Positions 36,622 to 47,017 of a stretch of DNA of 64,000 nt are shown in pieces (position 1 is the stretch's first letter; each line of letters starts with the position of its first letter). The stretch comes from a bacterium. GTDB taxonomy: Bacteria; Krumholzibacteriota; Krumholzibacteriia; G020349025. Where the stretch lies: positions 36,163-100,162 of the forward strand of contig JANLSU010000078.1 of assembly GCA_031362565.1 (NCBI GenBank), in the 5' to 3' direction. The translations under genes and the position numbers were made by a program. The notes below the pieces were generated by a model. That model was not told the DNA's origin and ran no database searches. It saw nothing but the letters and a program-made list of their open reading frames with translations.

Positions 36622-37683
36622 ATGCGGTTGGCTTTCCTGGCAGATGCTTCGCTCCCGCACACCGTTCGGTGGGTGAACCACTTTGCGGACCGTGGCGATG
36701 ACTGCGTGCTTATCTCACTCGAGCCGGGGAGCGGTTTCAACTGTTCGGTGGAGCGCCTGCACGACCGCCCCGGCCTGCCGCGCTTCGTGCGCTATTCGCT
36801 CGAGATTCCGTCTGTCGTAGCCCTGTTGAGCTCCTTTCGACCCGATGTCGTGAACGCGCACTTCGTCCCCAACTACGGCTGGATGGCGGCGCGCGCCCGG
36901 GCGCATCCGCTCGTCGTGACGGCGCTCGGGAGCGACATTCTCACTGTACCGGCGCGCAGCTTCTTGCACCGGTGGCGAACGCGGTATGTGCTCGGGCAAA
37001 GCGATGCCATCACGTCCGACGCCAGGATGCTGAGCGACGCCATCGAAGGCTTTGGCGTCGATGCCGGCCGCATTCTCACGGTACCGCTAGGCATCGAAGC
37101 GGCGCGTTTCGTGACGCTGCGCGAGCGAGGCGCGACACCGGTCGTGGTGCTGTCGACGCGGCGGCTCGAGCCGGTGTACGACGTCGCGACGCTGGTGCGT
37201 GCGTACGCGCGGTTGGCGCCCGATGAGCGCGCCGGGATGATATTGCGCATCGCCGGCAACGGCAGCCAGGAGGCCGCGTTGCGCGCCGTCGCGACCCCAC
37301 TCGGCGCCACGTTCGCCGGCTGGCTCGACTCGCCGGCGATGGACCGCGAACTCGGCGCCGCCCACATTTACGTTTCGACATCGTTGAGCGACAGCACCTC
37401 GGTGTCATTGCTCGAGGCAATGGCCGCCGGGTGTCTGCCGGTCGTAAGCGACATTGCCGCCAACCGCGAGTGGCTCGAGCCCGGCACGACCGGGCTCTTT
37501 TTTCCGCCTGGCGACGATTCGGCGCTCGCGGATTGCCTGCGCCGGGCCGCGAGCGACACCGCGTTGCGCAGTGCAGCCGCGGTCCGCAACCGTGCTACGA
37601 TCCGCGCCCGCGCCACCTGGGAGAAGAACATGGAAGATGTCGGAGCGCTCTTCCAACGGCTGGCGGCGGCGCGGCGCTCGTAG
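36622..37683 (+). CDS. Family 4 glycosyltransferase
   Basis: MRLAFLAD, NAHF, GSDI, SVSLLEAMAAGC..V.SD. Confidence 0.9.
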   Translation: MRLAFLADASLPHTVRWVNHFADRGDDCVLISLEPGSGFNCSVERLHDRPGLPRFVRYSLEIPSVVALLSSFRPDVVNAHFVPNYGWMAARARAHPLVVTALGSDILTVPARSFLHRWRTRYVLGQSDAITSDARMLSDAIEGFGVDAGRILTVPLGIEAARFVTLRERGATPVVVLSTRRLEPVYDVATLVRAYARLAPDERAGMILRIAGNGSQEAALRAVATPLGATFAGWLDSPAMDRELGAAHIYVSTSLSDSTSVSLLEAMAAGCLPVVSDIAANREWLEPGTTGLFFPPGDDSALADCLRRAASDTALRSAAAVRNRATIRARATWEKNMEDVGALFQRLAAARRS

Positions 37684-37740
37684 ATTCGTGCGCCGCCTTG
37701 GAATTCGTGGCCACGGTACGACGCTCGAGAGGACGGTCCG

Positions 37741-38469
37741 TTGCAGGCAGATCTGTCGCGCTTCGCCCTCTACGCGGCGGCCATTTTCGCGGTGTCCTTC
37801 GCCGGCGGGCTGGTACCACTCGTCCACCGCTGGTCGCACAGCGCGCTCCAGACACTCATCAGCCTGAGCGCCGGTATCATCCTCGGCGTGCTGTTTCTCG
37901 ATTTGTTGCCGGAAGTCGCGGCCAGCACTCCCTACTTTCACATCCTGACCCTCGCCGGTTTCTTGTCGCTTTTCGTGTTCGAGAAATTCGTGTTCATTCA
38001 CCCGCACGAAACCGACGATCTCGCCGAGCAACGCAGTGGTCTAGCCGCCTATGTGAGCATTTCCATCCATAGCCTGCTGGACGGTGTCGCTCTGGGGTCG
38101 AGCACCATGCTGCCGGCGCTCGCGCCTGCGGTTCTCTTCGCCATCGTCGCCCACAAAGTGCCGGATACGTTTTCGGTGGCCAGCATCCTGACCTACTTCG
38201 GTTTCCGGCGCCGCAAGACACTTTTGTTCATGCTGTTCTTTTCCCTGCTGACACCATTGGGTGGATTCATCGCGCTCGTCTTACTGCGCAACGCGAGCCC
38301 CGCGACACTCGCCGCGCCGATCGCCCTCGCCTGCGGCACGTTCCTTTTCATCGCCACCTCCGACCTCCTGCCTCACACCCACGAACACCACGACGGCCGT
38401 TTCCGCAATCTTGCCGCTGTGTTCGCCGGAATCGCCGTCATCGCGCTCGCGCAACACTTCCTCCACTGA
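37741..38469 (+). CDS. ZIP-family metal transporter
   Basis: HSLLDG, HKVPD, DLLP motifs, His-rich loops, multiple TMs. Confidence 0.9.
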   Translation: MQADLSRFALYAAAIFAVSFAGGLVPLVHRWSHSALQTLISLSAGIILGVLFLDLLPEVAASTPYFHILTLAGFLSLFVFEKFVFIHPHETDDLAEQRSGLAAYVSISIHSLLDGVALGSSTMLPALAPAVLFAIVAHKVPDTFSVASILTYFGFRRRKTLLFMLFFSLLTPLGGFIALVLLRNASPATLAAPIALACGTFLFIATSDLLPHTHEHHDGRFRNLAAVFAGIAVIALAQHFLH

Positions 38470-38535
38470 CCGCTCCGAGGCGGCGAGGGGACGGACGTCG
38501 CGGCGACGCAGGAACGCCGGGACGATACGCGTCGT

Positions 38536-39303
38536 TCACCACTTGTAGATGCGGCGGAGTTCCTTGGCGTGCTGGCGGGAAAGCGGCACGTGCGTCGCGG
38601 CGGTGTCGTCCATGACCAGTTCGTAGTTGCCGGATGCGAGCGGGATGATTTCGCCGATGTGATTGACGTTGGCGAGATAGGACCGATGCACCCGGTGAAA
38701 GACCGCCGGATCCAGTTCCGAGGCGAACTCGTCGAGGGTCCGGTACGCCACCAGATCGTGCGTATCGCCGGCCACCACGAACACCAGGCCCTCTTTCACA
38801 TACGCGTAGAGCACCGAGTCGACGTCCAAGAGCAGCAGGTGCTTGCGGCGCCGCACCGGAATCTTCGAGAGGCGCCGGGTCCGCGCCGGCAGCGCCGACA
38901 AAAGTGCGCTCAGCTTGTCGCCGAGATCATCGGTCGTTTCCATCGACATTCGAACCTTGTCGAGCGCTTGAAGCAGCCGCTCGCGCGACACCGGCTTCAG
39001 CAAATAGTCGAGGGCACTGACGTCGAACGCCTGCAGCGCGTAGCGATCGTAGGCGGTCACGAACACCACCCGCGGCCGGCTCTCGAGCGCCTGAATTTCA
39101 CGCACCAACTGAAACCCGTCGAGCCCCGGCATTTCGATATCCAAAAACGCCAGGTCGGGCCGTTCCTTTTCGATCAGATGGAAAGCATCGACCCCATTGC
39201 TGGCCTCGCCGACGACGTCGACGTCATCGACGCTCTGCAGTAGGAAGCCGATCTCTTCGCGCGCCAGTTTTTCGTCGTCGGCGAACACGGCACGGATGGT
39301 CAT
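38536..39303 (-). CDS. LytTR-family response regulator
   Basis: ADDE, FLDIEMP, FVTAYD, DYLLKP, FHRVHRSY. Confidence 0.95.
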   Translation of the reverse strand: MTIRAVFADDEKLAREEIGFLLQSVDDVDVVGEASNGVDAFHLIEKERPDLAFLDIEMPGLDGFQLVREIQALESRPRVVFVTAYDRYALQAFDVSALDYLLKPVSRERLLQALDKVRMSMETTDDLGDKLSALLSALPARTRRLSKIPVRRRKHLLLLDVDSVLYAYVKEGLVFVVAGDTHDLVAYRTLDEFASELDPAVFHRVHRSYLANVNHIGEIIPLASGNYELVMDDTAATHVPLSRQHAKELRRIYKW

Positions 39304-39337
39304 CGCGATCTACCTCCGCGCGCGATCCCAAGGGCGG

Positions 39338-40687
39338 TCACGTCGCGTGTTGTGCCTCGAGTAGCTCGCGGCTTGGCGCAAAGGGTACATCGAACCCAAC
39401 GTGTGTGCCAACGCCTCGCTCGGCGCGAATTTCGACACCGCGGCCGTACGCCATGCGCAACCGTTGATGCACGTTGGCGAGGCCGATGCCGCCCGTGCCA
39501 CCGGTACCGCGCGCCGGGGTCCCAGCGTCGAGGTCCAAGGATCGCGCGTCGAACCCGGCGCCATTGTCCTCGATTTCGATGTGCACGCGCCCGGCGCCGG
39601 CCCGGGCCCGAATCGTGATCGTGCCGCCCGCCGACAACGGCGCGATGCCGTGCAGCACGGCGTTCTCGACGATCGGCTGCAGCACCATGCAGGGCACGAG
39701 CGCCGTGCAAGCCGCCGCATCGACATCCTTGACGATGCGCAGCTTCTCCTCGCCGAACCGCACCACCTCGATGTCGAGATATGCATCGATGTATTCCAGC
39801 TCTTCGGCCAGCGGTACGAACGTTTTTTGGGTATCGAGGACGCGGCGCAGAATCGCCGACAACTTCTGAATCAAGTGCCGGGCCACATCGGGGTCGATGC
39901 GCGCCGCCGAACTGATCGAGTTCAGGGTGTTGAACAGGAAATGCGGGTTGATCTGCTGGGTCAGCGCATCGAGCCGGGCGCGTACCGCGAGCGCCTCTTG
40001 TTCCTTCAGGCGGGCTTCGAGGCGGCTGTTGTTCCAGATCTTGAGCGGTACCCCGAGCGTGATGAGGCTCGTCAACCACACCGCGCACTGGACGATGTCG
40101 CGCGTCGGTTCGTGACTCCACAGAAACGCTTTGCCGAAGTGCAGCGACAGCGCCGAGCGCGCGACGTCGAACCCCAGGCAGATCACGCTCAAGATGACCG
40201 GCACGAAATACCGGCGCCCGTGGGCCCGCAACAACCGGAACACGTTCATGTACGGGTAGGGCGAATACTCCCAGCGTTGTTGGCGGGCGTCGGGAAGCTG
40301 CAGCAGCGCCCCGCCGAGCAAACCGGCGGTTACGAGCAACGGCAGCGCCAGCCATTCGCCGCGCAACGACGCCGCGCCACCGGCCAGTGCCCCGGTCAAC
40401 ATGCCACCGGCCGGACCCGCAAACACACCTGCCAAGAGCGTCCCCGACAGGCTCAGGTCCGCCGCCGCGTAACCCAAAGACAGTCGCCAACCCACTCCAA
40501 CGGCGAGTGACGTTCCCCACGACAGCGCGAACCACAACGGATCCGCGGGCCGCATCGCCTCCTGGCGCAACAGGCGCTTGTAGAAGCGTGTCGTCGCCAT
40601 CAGGCTCGCCAGGCAGGCCATGAGCGCGACCTGCACGAGCAGACTGACGAGGATCCGTTGATCGCCGCTCAGGAGAATTTCATCCAT
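39338..40687 (-). CDS. LytS-type membrane sensor histidine kinase
   Basis: QINPHFLFNTLN, LQPIVENAVLHG, DNGAG, GIGLANVHQRL; N-terminal TMs. Confidence 0.95.
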   Translation of the reverse strand: MDEILLSGDQRILVSLLVQVALMACLASLMATTRFYKRLLRQEAMRPADPLWFALSWGTSLAVGVGWRLSLGYAAADLSLSGTLLAGVFAGPAGGMLTGALAGGAASLRGEWLALPLLVTAGLLGGALLQLPDARQQRWEYSPYPYMNVFRLLRAHGRRYFVPVILSVICLGFDVARSALSLHFGKAFLWSHEPTRDIVQCAVWLTSLITLGVPLKIWNNSRLEARLKEQEALAVRARLDALTQQINPHFLFNTLNSISSAARIDPDVARHLIQKLSAILRRVLDTQKTFVPLAEELEYIDAYLDIEVVRFGEEKLRIVKDVDAAACTALVPCMVLQPIVENAVLHGIAPLSAGGTITIRARAGAGRVHIEIEDNGAGFDARSLDLDAGTPARGTGGTGGIGLANVHQRLRMAYGRGVEIRAERGVGTHVGFDVPFAPSRELLEAQHAT

Positions 40688-40797
40688 GCGGTCTCGCCGT
40701 TCGGTTCCAAGGCGCTTTTCCCCTCGACAATCTCTGCGCGAGACACGGTGGATTCGACCCCGACGGGTCTCGTTCATGCGGCGGCTCGGACGGCCTC

Positions 40798-43700
40798 CTA
40801 GCGAACCACCACCATTTTCCGGCTTTGTGATACCTCGCCCGCTTCAAATCGATAGACATATACGCCCGACGCCACGACAGCGTGCTGGTCGTTCCGTCCG
40901 TCCCACGCAACCCGATACTGGCCGGGAACGGTCTGTCGATCATGAAGAACTCGTACGAGGCGCCCGGAAACGTCGTACACGCGAAGCCGTGCTTGTGTCT
41001 TTGTCGCGATGTCGAACTGAATCTGTGTGCTCGGGTTGCAGGGGTTGGGGTAGTTTGCATACAATCGAGTGACCAACGGCGGTAGCAACCCCTCAGGTTC
41101 CTGGTCTGTATCCGTCGTGCCAAGGCCACCACACCCACCACCAAGCACATCGGAGACAATGCTTCTCGCCAGGGTCTCCGTTGGTGACGGTCCTGTGGTG
41201 GTTGTCCGGAGGATCGCGTTCCACGGGAATGTCATCAACACGATGTTCTGGTGGGCCGGGTGGTACTCCCCATTCACGCCAGAGGTAAAGGCTCGGTTGC
41301 TCATCAGGACCATGCCTTGGTTGCCGTATTTATTCGTGATAGCGACTTCTTGTTGTGGGAAGCCGACGCTCATGGTTGACACGCCATCGTAGTCCGGATC
41401 CTGTGGACAAACATTGGTCAATCGCAGATCGACAAAGGTCTTCGGTAGAGCGTAGCCGTTCGCCTGAATGAACCGAAACGGTGCAGCATGCCCGATTGTA
41501 GCGTCAGTACCTTGCAGAATAACCGCACTCTCAATTTGCGAACCCCCGAGACCCAGCTCTGAGCCGAGCAGGCTCCCGACCGTATGACGAGTTGTTGACG
41601 CTATGTTTTCGCCGATCAACCACAACGTGGCCGCGCCCTTGCCAAGGACCGACATACCAGCGAGACCAAGCCAACTCTGATACCATGCGTCCTGCGTGAG
41701 GGGTGCGAGTTCAAGATCGCTGCCATCAGGCAACGCGCCGACGTGCAGGGTCCCTGCGTCGTGAATAATCAACGAGTATTTTATGGCCTGGTCGGGCCGT
41801 GCCCTGCTCGCCAGATCGTTCGACACATTGCCGAATCCCTGGACATCATAGACGTCGTAGTTGCCGGTATATCCGATTGTGTCGAGGGTGTACATGAAGG
41901 ACGTTCGATTCGCACGACCGCTCCGACGACTCGTGTTCACCTTGTTGACGTACAGAATGCAGTTTGTTTGCGGGCTCGCACCTTTCTCCTCGGTAGTCGG
42001 CGTAAGCTTACCATGCGCATCCGCCGCAACTCGCGCCAGATAGGTCGACGACCACGAGATTGTGGGCAAGAAGTTGACCTCAAACAGACCGCCGGTGACA
42101 GCTTCGGCCTGAGTAACATTGGGGATCGGCGACGATAGTCCCGGTGGCAGGCTTGCGCTAGCGAGTCCCTGGTCGATGGCTAACCAGAAATAGCGCACCA
42201 CGTCGCCACCGCGGAAATAGTCGTCGTCAAGATCAACAAAATAGAGGCCAGCGACAGCGGCTCCGGATGCAGTGCGACAAACCTCTGCGCCGACCGCAAA
42301 GAAACCGGTTGTACCAACCGTATATGGGGCCGGCGCTTTGCCAGCGTGTGGTCCGGCTACGATTGCGGCGTACAACGTGACCGTAGCGATCGGCGATCCT
42401 CGCCGATCTCGCGCGGAGATAAAGATCGAGTCAGGCGCGCCGCTTCCACCCCGGAGGAATCCACTCGAACCAAACGAACAGCTTCCCCATACGTCGCCCA
42501 CGACAAGTGGGGTCCCGGCGCTGAAGGTGTCCTGTGCCTGCGAGCGAGTGTCTTCGCCAGCGTTCAGCACCGGCCCTGTCACGGCAAATCGCCCGATTCG
42601 AACCCGATCGATATAGGGGCCGGGGCCTGGATCGAAAACTGCCGGTGGGGACCCCCCGTATAGGTACTGCCAATCGGCGACGCGAAACCGCACCTGAACA
42701 GAGCCCCAGCCCGCCTCAACAAAGGGCGTTATGTCTAGCGCGCGGTCGACCCAGGAGAATGCTCCAAGATCCTGCCATGTGCCCTTTGAACCCTGTGCCG
42801 AGTTGCTCCACGGTGATGCACAAGTGCTTCCGCTTGGGATTCCACGGACAGACCAGTTTCGCACGACTCGTCCATGCTCGAACGGATTGCCAGGAAACTC
42901 ACGGAATCGGAGAACCGTTCCAGGCTTATTGCTCGGCAACGCAACCCAGGGGCTTACTATGATCTCGTCGAGCCACGAGTGAATAACGGCTTGCCCAGGT
43001 CCGAAACCCATAAACGGATATAGACCGATGGATGCAATTCGAATGGGGTCCGTGAACAACCAGGCACACGTACCGTTCTCGGTACACTGATCGTTATCCG
43101 TAATGTGATTGAACACCCGACTCCAAGGGGCTGTATTCCACGTCGAGGCCGCCGGGCGTGTTGGCGCGCTGTTAACGGGCACAACGTATGGACTCCATGT
43201 TTGATTCTCGAAATCCTCCGAGTAGGGAAGACCGCCGGTTACTGTGATGTTGTCGATGATCAAACCTGCGTTCATCGCAGTGAGATACTTGCCATCCTCG
43301 TCTGACCCCGCATCGTCCGACCAGAACCGAATATACCAACATCCATTCGTGGTGCCTTCCTGGGGCGAGCAGGAGGCCGGATTTGTACTCTGGCACGTAT
43401 TCACCGTAATGCGCGCATGTGCGACCGACCCCGAAAAACTAGATGCGTCGTTTGGCAAGCGCACTCGAAGTCTGGTGGGCACGTCACTTTCGTCGAGCTG
43501 CGCGGACGAATTACACCCGAAGTCAACCTCTACAGACAGGCCGTCAGAAGATTCGCAGTCCACGATGTAGTCGAAGGACAAAGTCGACGCCGCACCCTCA
43601 AAGCTAACCCGCAGCGACTGATCCCAATCATTGCCGTATCCGGGATTCTGGACCCAGCAAGGATTTGAACTCCTGAGAACCGCTGCTTTCCCGGTGACTC

Positions 43701-44604
43701 CACCCGACCCATCCAGCCCGTCGTACCCCGCCACCGCCGACCAATAGACCTGGCCGTTGTTCAAGACGCGGTTGTCGAGCCTCTGCCAGCCAGTCATTGC
43801 GCACGTGGATCCGGAATCGAAACTCCAGTCGGCTACCCAGGCAGTATCGCTCTGTGTCTTGCTCGCGGGTGGAGAAATGGCTGCGGATTCAATGTCTGGC
43901 TGACCCGGATCTGCGATCAGAGTCGGCTTTCGGAAAACCTCTGATGCCACCTCATTGCCCGCCGACGGATCCGGGGTTGATGACACTTCTGGCGCATTGA
44001 GCCCGGAGGCAAAGACGGGAATATCGCCGCTGACCTGGGACAAGACGGCCTTTGCAAAGGAGCACGGTGGCTCGGAACCGGCAGTCATGCACACCGATGA
44101 GAATTGGGGCCCATCGCAAACAGTAAAGAGGGGGCACGGGAAGTTTGCGTTTGAGGGTCGGCTATGGCGTTTCACGAGTAGGCTAGTGGGACTTCCTCCC
44201 GCGTTGAAGACACTCAACGTCCCGAGCCCGACTGCTCCTTCAGTCGACGGGGTTTGGCAGGCTGCGAACGCAATGTTGAGGCCAGATCCATCGAGGTCGT
44301 TCGCCGGAAACAGGTCGACCATGGTTCCAAGTGGCGTAGAACCGCTTGGAGGGTTGTAGCTAAAGAACCATCCGGCGGGTTGCGTCACTTCCACACGAAA
44401 CTCAGCGCCGACGATCCCACTTGCGGTGTTACCCGCCACCTTCGCAACGACGTAGAGAGTGGTGCCGGTAAACGCTGGAATGGTGGTACACGCGATTGTG
44501 CCGGCGGGGTCCAGGTAGATTCCGACGTAGCCATCTCCTGCGCTCGCGGATTCCACGGCCACCGTGAGGCTGCTCACAATCACCAACGATTGGAGAAGAC
44601 GCAT
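40798..44604 (-). CDS. Large secreted multidomain protein with C-terminal FlgD-Ig/T9SS-like domain
   Basis: Signal peptide MRLLQSLVIVSSLTVAVESASA; C-terminus NYPNP.NPST...VYDVSGRLVR...WDGRND...ASGVY. Confidence 0.85.
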   Translation of the reverse strand: MRLLQSLVIVSSLTVAVESASAGDGYVGIYLDPAGTIACTTIPAFTGTTLYVVAKVAGNTASGIVGAEFRVEVTQPAGWFFSYNPPSGSTPLGTMVDLFPANDLDGSGLNIAFAACQTPSTEGAVGLGTLSVFNAGGSPTSLLVKRHSRPSNANFPCPLFTVCDGPQFSSVCMTAGSEPPCSFAKAVLSQVSGDIPVFASGLNAPEVSSTPDPSAGNEVASEVFRKPTLIADPGQPDIESAAISPPASKTQSDTAWVADWSFDSGSTCAMTGWQRLDNRVLNNGQVYWSAVAGYDGLDGSGGVTGKAAVLRSSNPCWVQNPGYGNDWDQSLRVSFEGAASTLSFDYIVDCESSDGLSVEVDFGCNSSAQLDESDVPTRLRVRLPNDASSFSGSVAHARITVNTCQSTNPASCSPQEGTTNGCWYIRFWSDDAGSDEDGKYLTAMNAGLIIDNITVTGGLPYSEDFENQTWSPYVVPVNSAPTRPAASTWNTAPWSRVFNHITDNDQCTENGTCAWLFTDPIRIASIGLYPFMGFGPGQAVIHSWLDEIIVSPWVALPSNKPGTVLRFREFPGNPFEHGRVVRNWSVRGIPSGSTCASPWSNSAQGSKGTWQDLGAFSWVDRALDITPFVEAGWGSVQVRFRVADWQYLYGGSPPAVFDPGPGPYIDRVRIGRFAVTGPVLNAGEDTRSQAQDTFSAGTPLVVGDVWGSCSFGSSGFLRGGSGAPDSIFISARDRRGSPIATVTLYAAIVAGPHAGKAPAPYTVGTTGFFAVGAEVCRTASGAAVAGLYFVDLDDDYFRGGDVVRYFWLAIDQGLASASLPPGLSSPIPNVTQAEAVTGGLFEVNFLPTISWSSTYLARVAADAHGKLTPTTEEKGASPQTNCILYVNKVNTSRRSGRANRTSFMYTLDTIGYTGNYDVYDVQGFGNVSNDLASRARPDQAIKYSLIIHDAGTLHVGALPDGSDLELAPLTQDAWYQSWLGLAGMSVLGKGAATLWLIGENIASTTRHTVGSLLGSELGLGGSQIESAVILQGTDATIGHAAPFRFIQANGYALPKTFVDLRLTNVCPQDPDYDGVSTMSVGFPQQEVAITNKYGNQGMVLMSNRAFTSGVNGEYHPAHQNIVLMTFPWNAILRTTTTGPSPTETLARSIVSDVLGGGCGGLGTTDTDQEPEGLLPPLVTRLYANYPNPCNPSTQIQFDIATKTQARLRVYDVSGRLVRVLHDRQTVPGQYRVAWDGRNDQHAVVASGVYVYRFEAGEVSQSRKMVVVR

Positions 44605-44693
44605 AGTTTGCCTCCGAACGAATGACGCCGCTTGTGTTGCGGTAACAACGTAAAACCGCGATGGACACTTGTCCATCGTTTTCTTCTGCTCGG

Positions 44694-44727
44694 TTGACTT
44701 CCTATGCTGTTGCTGTTAAATTTAACA
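44694..44727 (+). promoter_or_regulatory. Sigma-70-type promoter overlapped by a perfect palindrome
   Basis: TTGACT-N17-TAAATT; palindrome TGTTAAATTTAACA (44714-44727) covers the -10 box. Confidence 0.55.
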
Positions 44728-44750
44728 TGAGCCCTTCGGAGCGTGGTTCG

Positions 44751-46415
44751 ATGTTGTGGACAGCTATATTGTGCAAGCGCGCAGTACTGGTTGGGCTGGT
44801 CGTGTGCGCTGTCGTCGTATGCCCGGCATCCGCCGACTGGCAGAGTGGTTTTACGGGTCCCGGCGCATTGACCCAGTGGGTCACCAGTCTTGCCATGTAT
44901 CGGGGAGTTCTAATCGCGGGTGGCGACTTCTATGTGACACAGGACGTCACGCGACTAAACAATATCGCCGCCTGGGATGGGTCGCGTTGGCAACCCCTTG
45001 GCGGCGGGGTCCGGCATGACGGCTGCCCTGGTCCCGAGTGCTGGGAACAAGTAAGCGCTCTGACCACGTTCGACGACAAGCTCATCGCCGGCGGTAAGTT
45101 TCTCTTCGCGGGGAATCACGCGGCCAACAACATCGGTTCCTGGGATGGGGCTGATTGGGCGCCCCTCGGCAGCGGCACGGATGCTTGGGTTTTCTGTGCG
45201 AAGACGGTCGGCCAAGACCTGTATGTCGGAGGAATGTTTGAAACGGCGGGCGGGCTGCCGTCCCGCGGAATCGCACGGTGGGACGGTAGTCAATGGCATG
45301 CACTTGGCACAGGCATCGATGGATACGTGTCCGACATTACCGTTTTCAATGGAGAGGTTATCGTTGCCGGCGGATTCTCGCCTACGGGTGGCCTTCCATC
45401 CCTCGGGCTTGCGGCGTGGGACGGTAACTCGTGGCGCTATTTGGCGGCGCCTCTGAAGAGCGCGAGTGGCCTTGTCGTTTACAACAACGCCCTCGCCGTG
45501 AGCGGACAATTCACCGACCCCCAGAGCGGCTTGCCTTATCAGTTTGGGCAGTGGGATGGGCAAGTATGGTCACCCATTGGTCCGATCGATCCTTTGGGGC
45601 GTGGATTCAGCTACAAGCTTGCGGTGTTCCAAGGGAGGCTCTGGTCTGCGGAAGGAATGGGTGCAGAGGGGTCCCTCTACGTCTTCGACGGGCAGGCGTG
45701 GCTCCCGATCCAACCGAATGCGAACGACAAGGCCAATTGCATTCTCGCGACATCATCCTCGGTCTTTGTCGGTGGTCGATTTACGATGATTGGTGACATA
45801 CCCGCCGGTTATATCGCGCGATGGGATGACACAACACCAGTCTTCGTCGAGGACTTCCAGGCCCTGCGCGACGATGTCCGCGGCACCACTCGTGTGTCGT
45901 GGCGTTTCCGGGGTCGCGCCGGTGCCGATCTCGCTAGCATTCGGATCGAGCGCGCCGCAGAGGAGTTGGGCCCCTTTGCGGCAATTTCCGCCGATCTATC
46001 GCCCCAAACGATTCGCTTCGACGACGAGGCCGTTGGAGGCGCCGAAGGGCCCTGGTACCGACTCGTTGGCACGCGCCGCGATGGAACAAGCGAGGTTACG
46101 AGACCCGTGCAATCAACTCTCGCGTCGAAGTCAGGCACGCCAAAGCTCGCAATCCTCCACGAGGGCACAGGACCGATCTCGATCAGCTACTCCGCTGGCA
46201 ACAGCCACGAGCCCTATGCCTTGAACGTGTACAACGTGCTGGGTCGACTGGTCAGCACTGTCGCGACCGGTCGCTCCGATCCTGACACGCATCTCGTAGC
46301 CTGGGACCGAAGCTCCGCTTCCGGCGCCCCAGTTGCTCGAGGTGTGTACTTCGTGACGCTGCGCGTCGGCGGAACTCTTCTCTCCGAAAAACTGCCGATC
46401 GTTCACGCGCGATAG
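44751..46415 (+). CDS. Secreted beta-propeller repeat protein with C-terminal FlgD-Ig/T9SS-like domain
   Basis: Signal peptide; repeated L.AGG.F...IA.WDG..W..LG.G units; tail VYNVLGRLV...WD...VARGVYF. Confidence 0.82.
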   Translation: MLWTAILCKRAVLVGLVVCAVVVCPASADWQSGFTGPGALTQWVTSLAMYRGVLIAGGDFYVTQDVTRLNNIAAWDGSRWQPLGGGVRHDGCPGPECWEQVSALTTFDDKLIAGGKFLFAGNHAANNIGSWDGADWAPLGSGTDAWVFCAKTVGQDLYVGGMFETAGGLPSRGIARWDGSQWHALGTGIDGYVSDITVFNGEVIVAGGFSPTGGLPSLGLAAWDGNSWRYLAAPLKSASGLVVYNNALAVSGQFTDPQSGLPYQFGQWDGQVWSPIGPIDPLGRGFSYKLAVFQGRLWSAEGMGAEGSLYVFDGQAWLPIQPNANDKANCILATSSSVFVGGRFTMIGDIPAGYIARWDDTTPVFVEDFQALRDDVRGTTRVSWRFRGRAGADLASIRIERAAEELGPFAAISADLSPQTIRFDDEAVGGAEGPWYRLVGTRRDGTSEVTRPVQSTLASKSGTPKLAILHEGTGPISISYSAGNSHEPYALNVYNVLGRLVSTVATGRSDPDTHLVAWDRSSASGAPVARGVYFVTLRVGGTLLSEKLPIVHAR

Positions 46416-46428
46416 AGCAACCCACCGC

Positions 46429-46854
46429 TTACGGCATTACGCCGAGCTGGCGCAGCAATGTCGCGAAGTCGAAGTAGACTTTTTCACACGTCAGGCGGTC
46501 GTCGTCGAAATCGAAGATGCAGGCGCTCATCAGGTCGATTTTTTTCCCGGTCGCCGGGATGCCGGCCCATTCGGCCTGGTGGGTGCCCGTCAGGGCGATC
46601 TCGGCAACAATCGCGTCGTCGGCGTGCATGGTCCGGCGCACCTCGACCTTGAAGTCGGGAAAGCCCGTGAACAAACCCGCGAGCAGATCGTGCACCGCTT
46701 GTGGACCGTCGCTCACCGCACCAAAGGCAATGACCTCGTAGCGCGGCGCGTGAAAGGTGGCGATCGTCGCTGCAACATCATGGCGATTTTCCGCTTCGGC
46801 GTGCCGGCGTACGACCGCCTCGCGGCGTTCACGGAGTCCAGGATCGACGGACAT
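46429..46854 (-). CDS. SnoaL/NTF2-like ester cyclase family protein
   Basis: GFPDF, GTHQAEWAGIPATGKKI. Confidence 0.85.
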   Translation of the reverse strand: MSVDPGLRERREAVVRRHAEAENRHDVAATIATFHAPRYEVIAFGAVSDGPQAVHDLLAGLFTGFPDFKVEVRRTMHADDAIVAEIALTGTHQAEWAGIPATGKKIDLMSACIFDFDDDRLTCEKVYFDFATLLRQLGVMP

Positions 46855-47017
46855 GCGTTGTTCTCCTGTTTCGACGGACCTTGGGCCTTAGACGCTCGGA
46901 TGCGAGCAACGCTAGCACATTCCTCGACACCTCTCCAGACCACCTCACAGGCGCCCGCGCAGCCTACGAAGATGTTTGCCGACGTGGACGCGCCAGGCTG
47001 TTAGAATCCTGCCGCGT

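Noticed and set aside
40798..46415. Prophage or IS-bounded mobile element
   Set aside because: No integrase, transposase, tRNA or terminal repeats seen.
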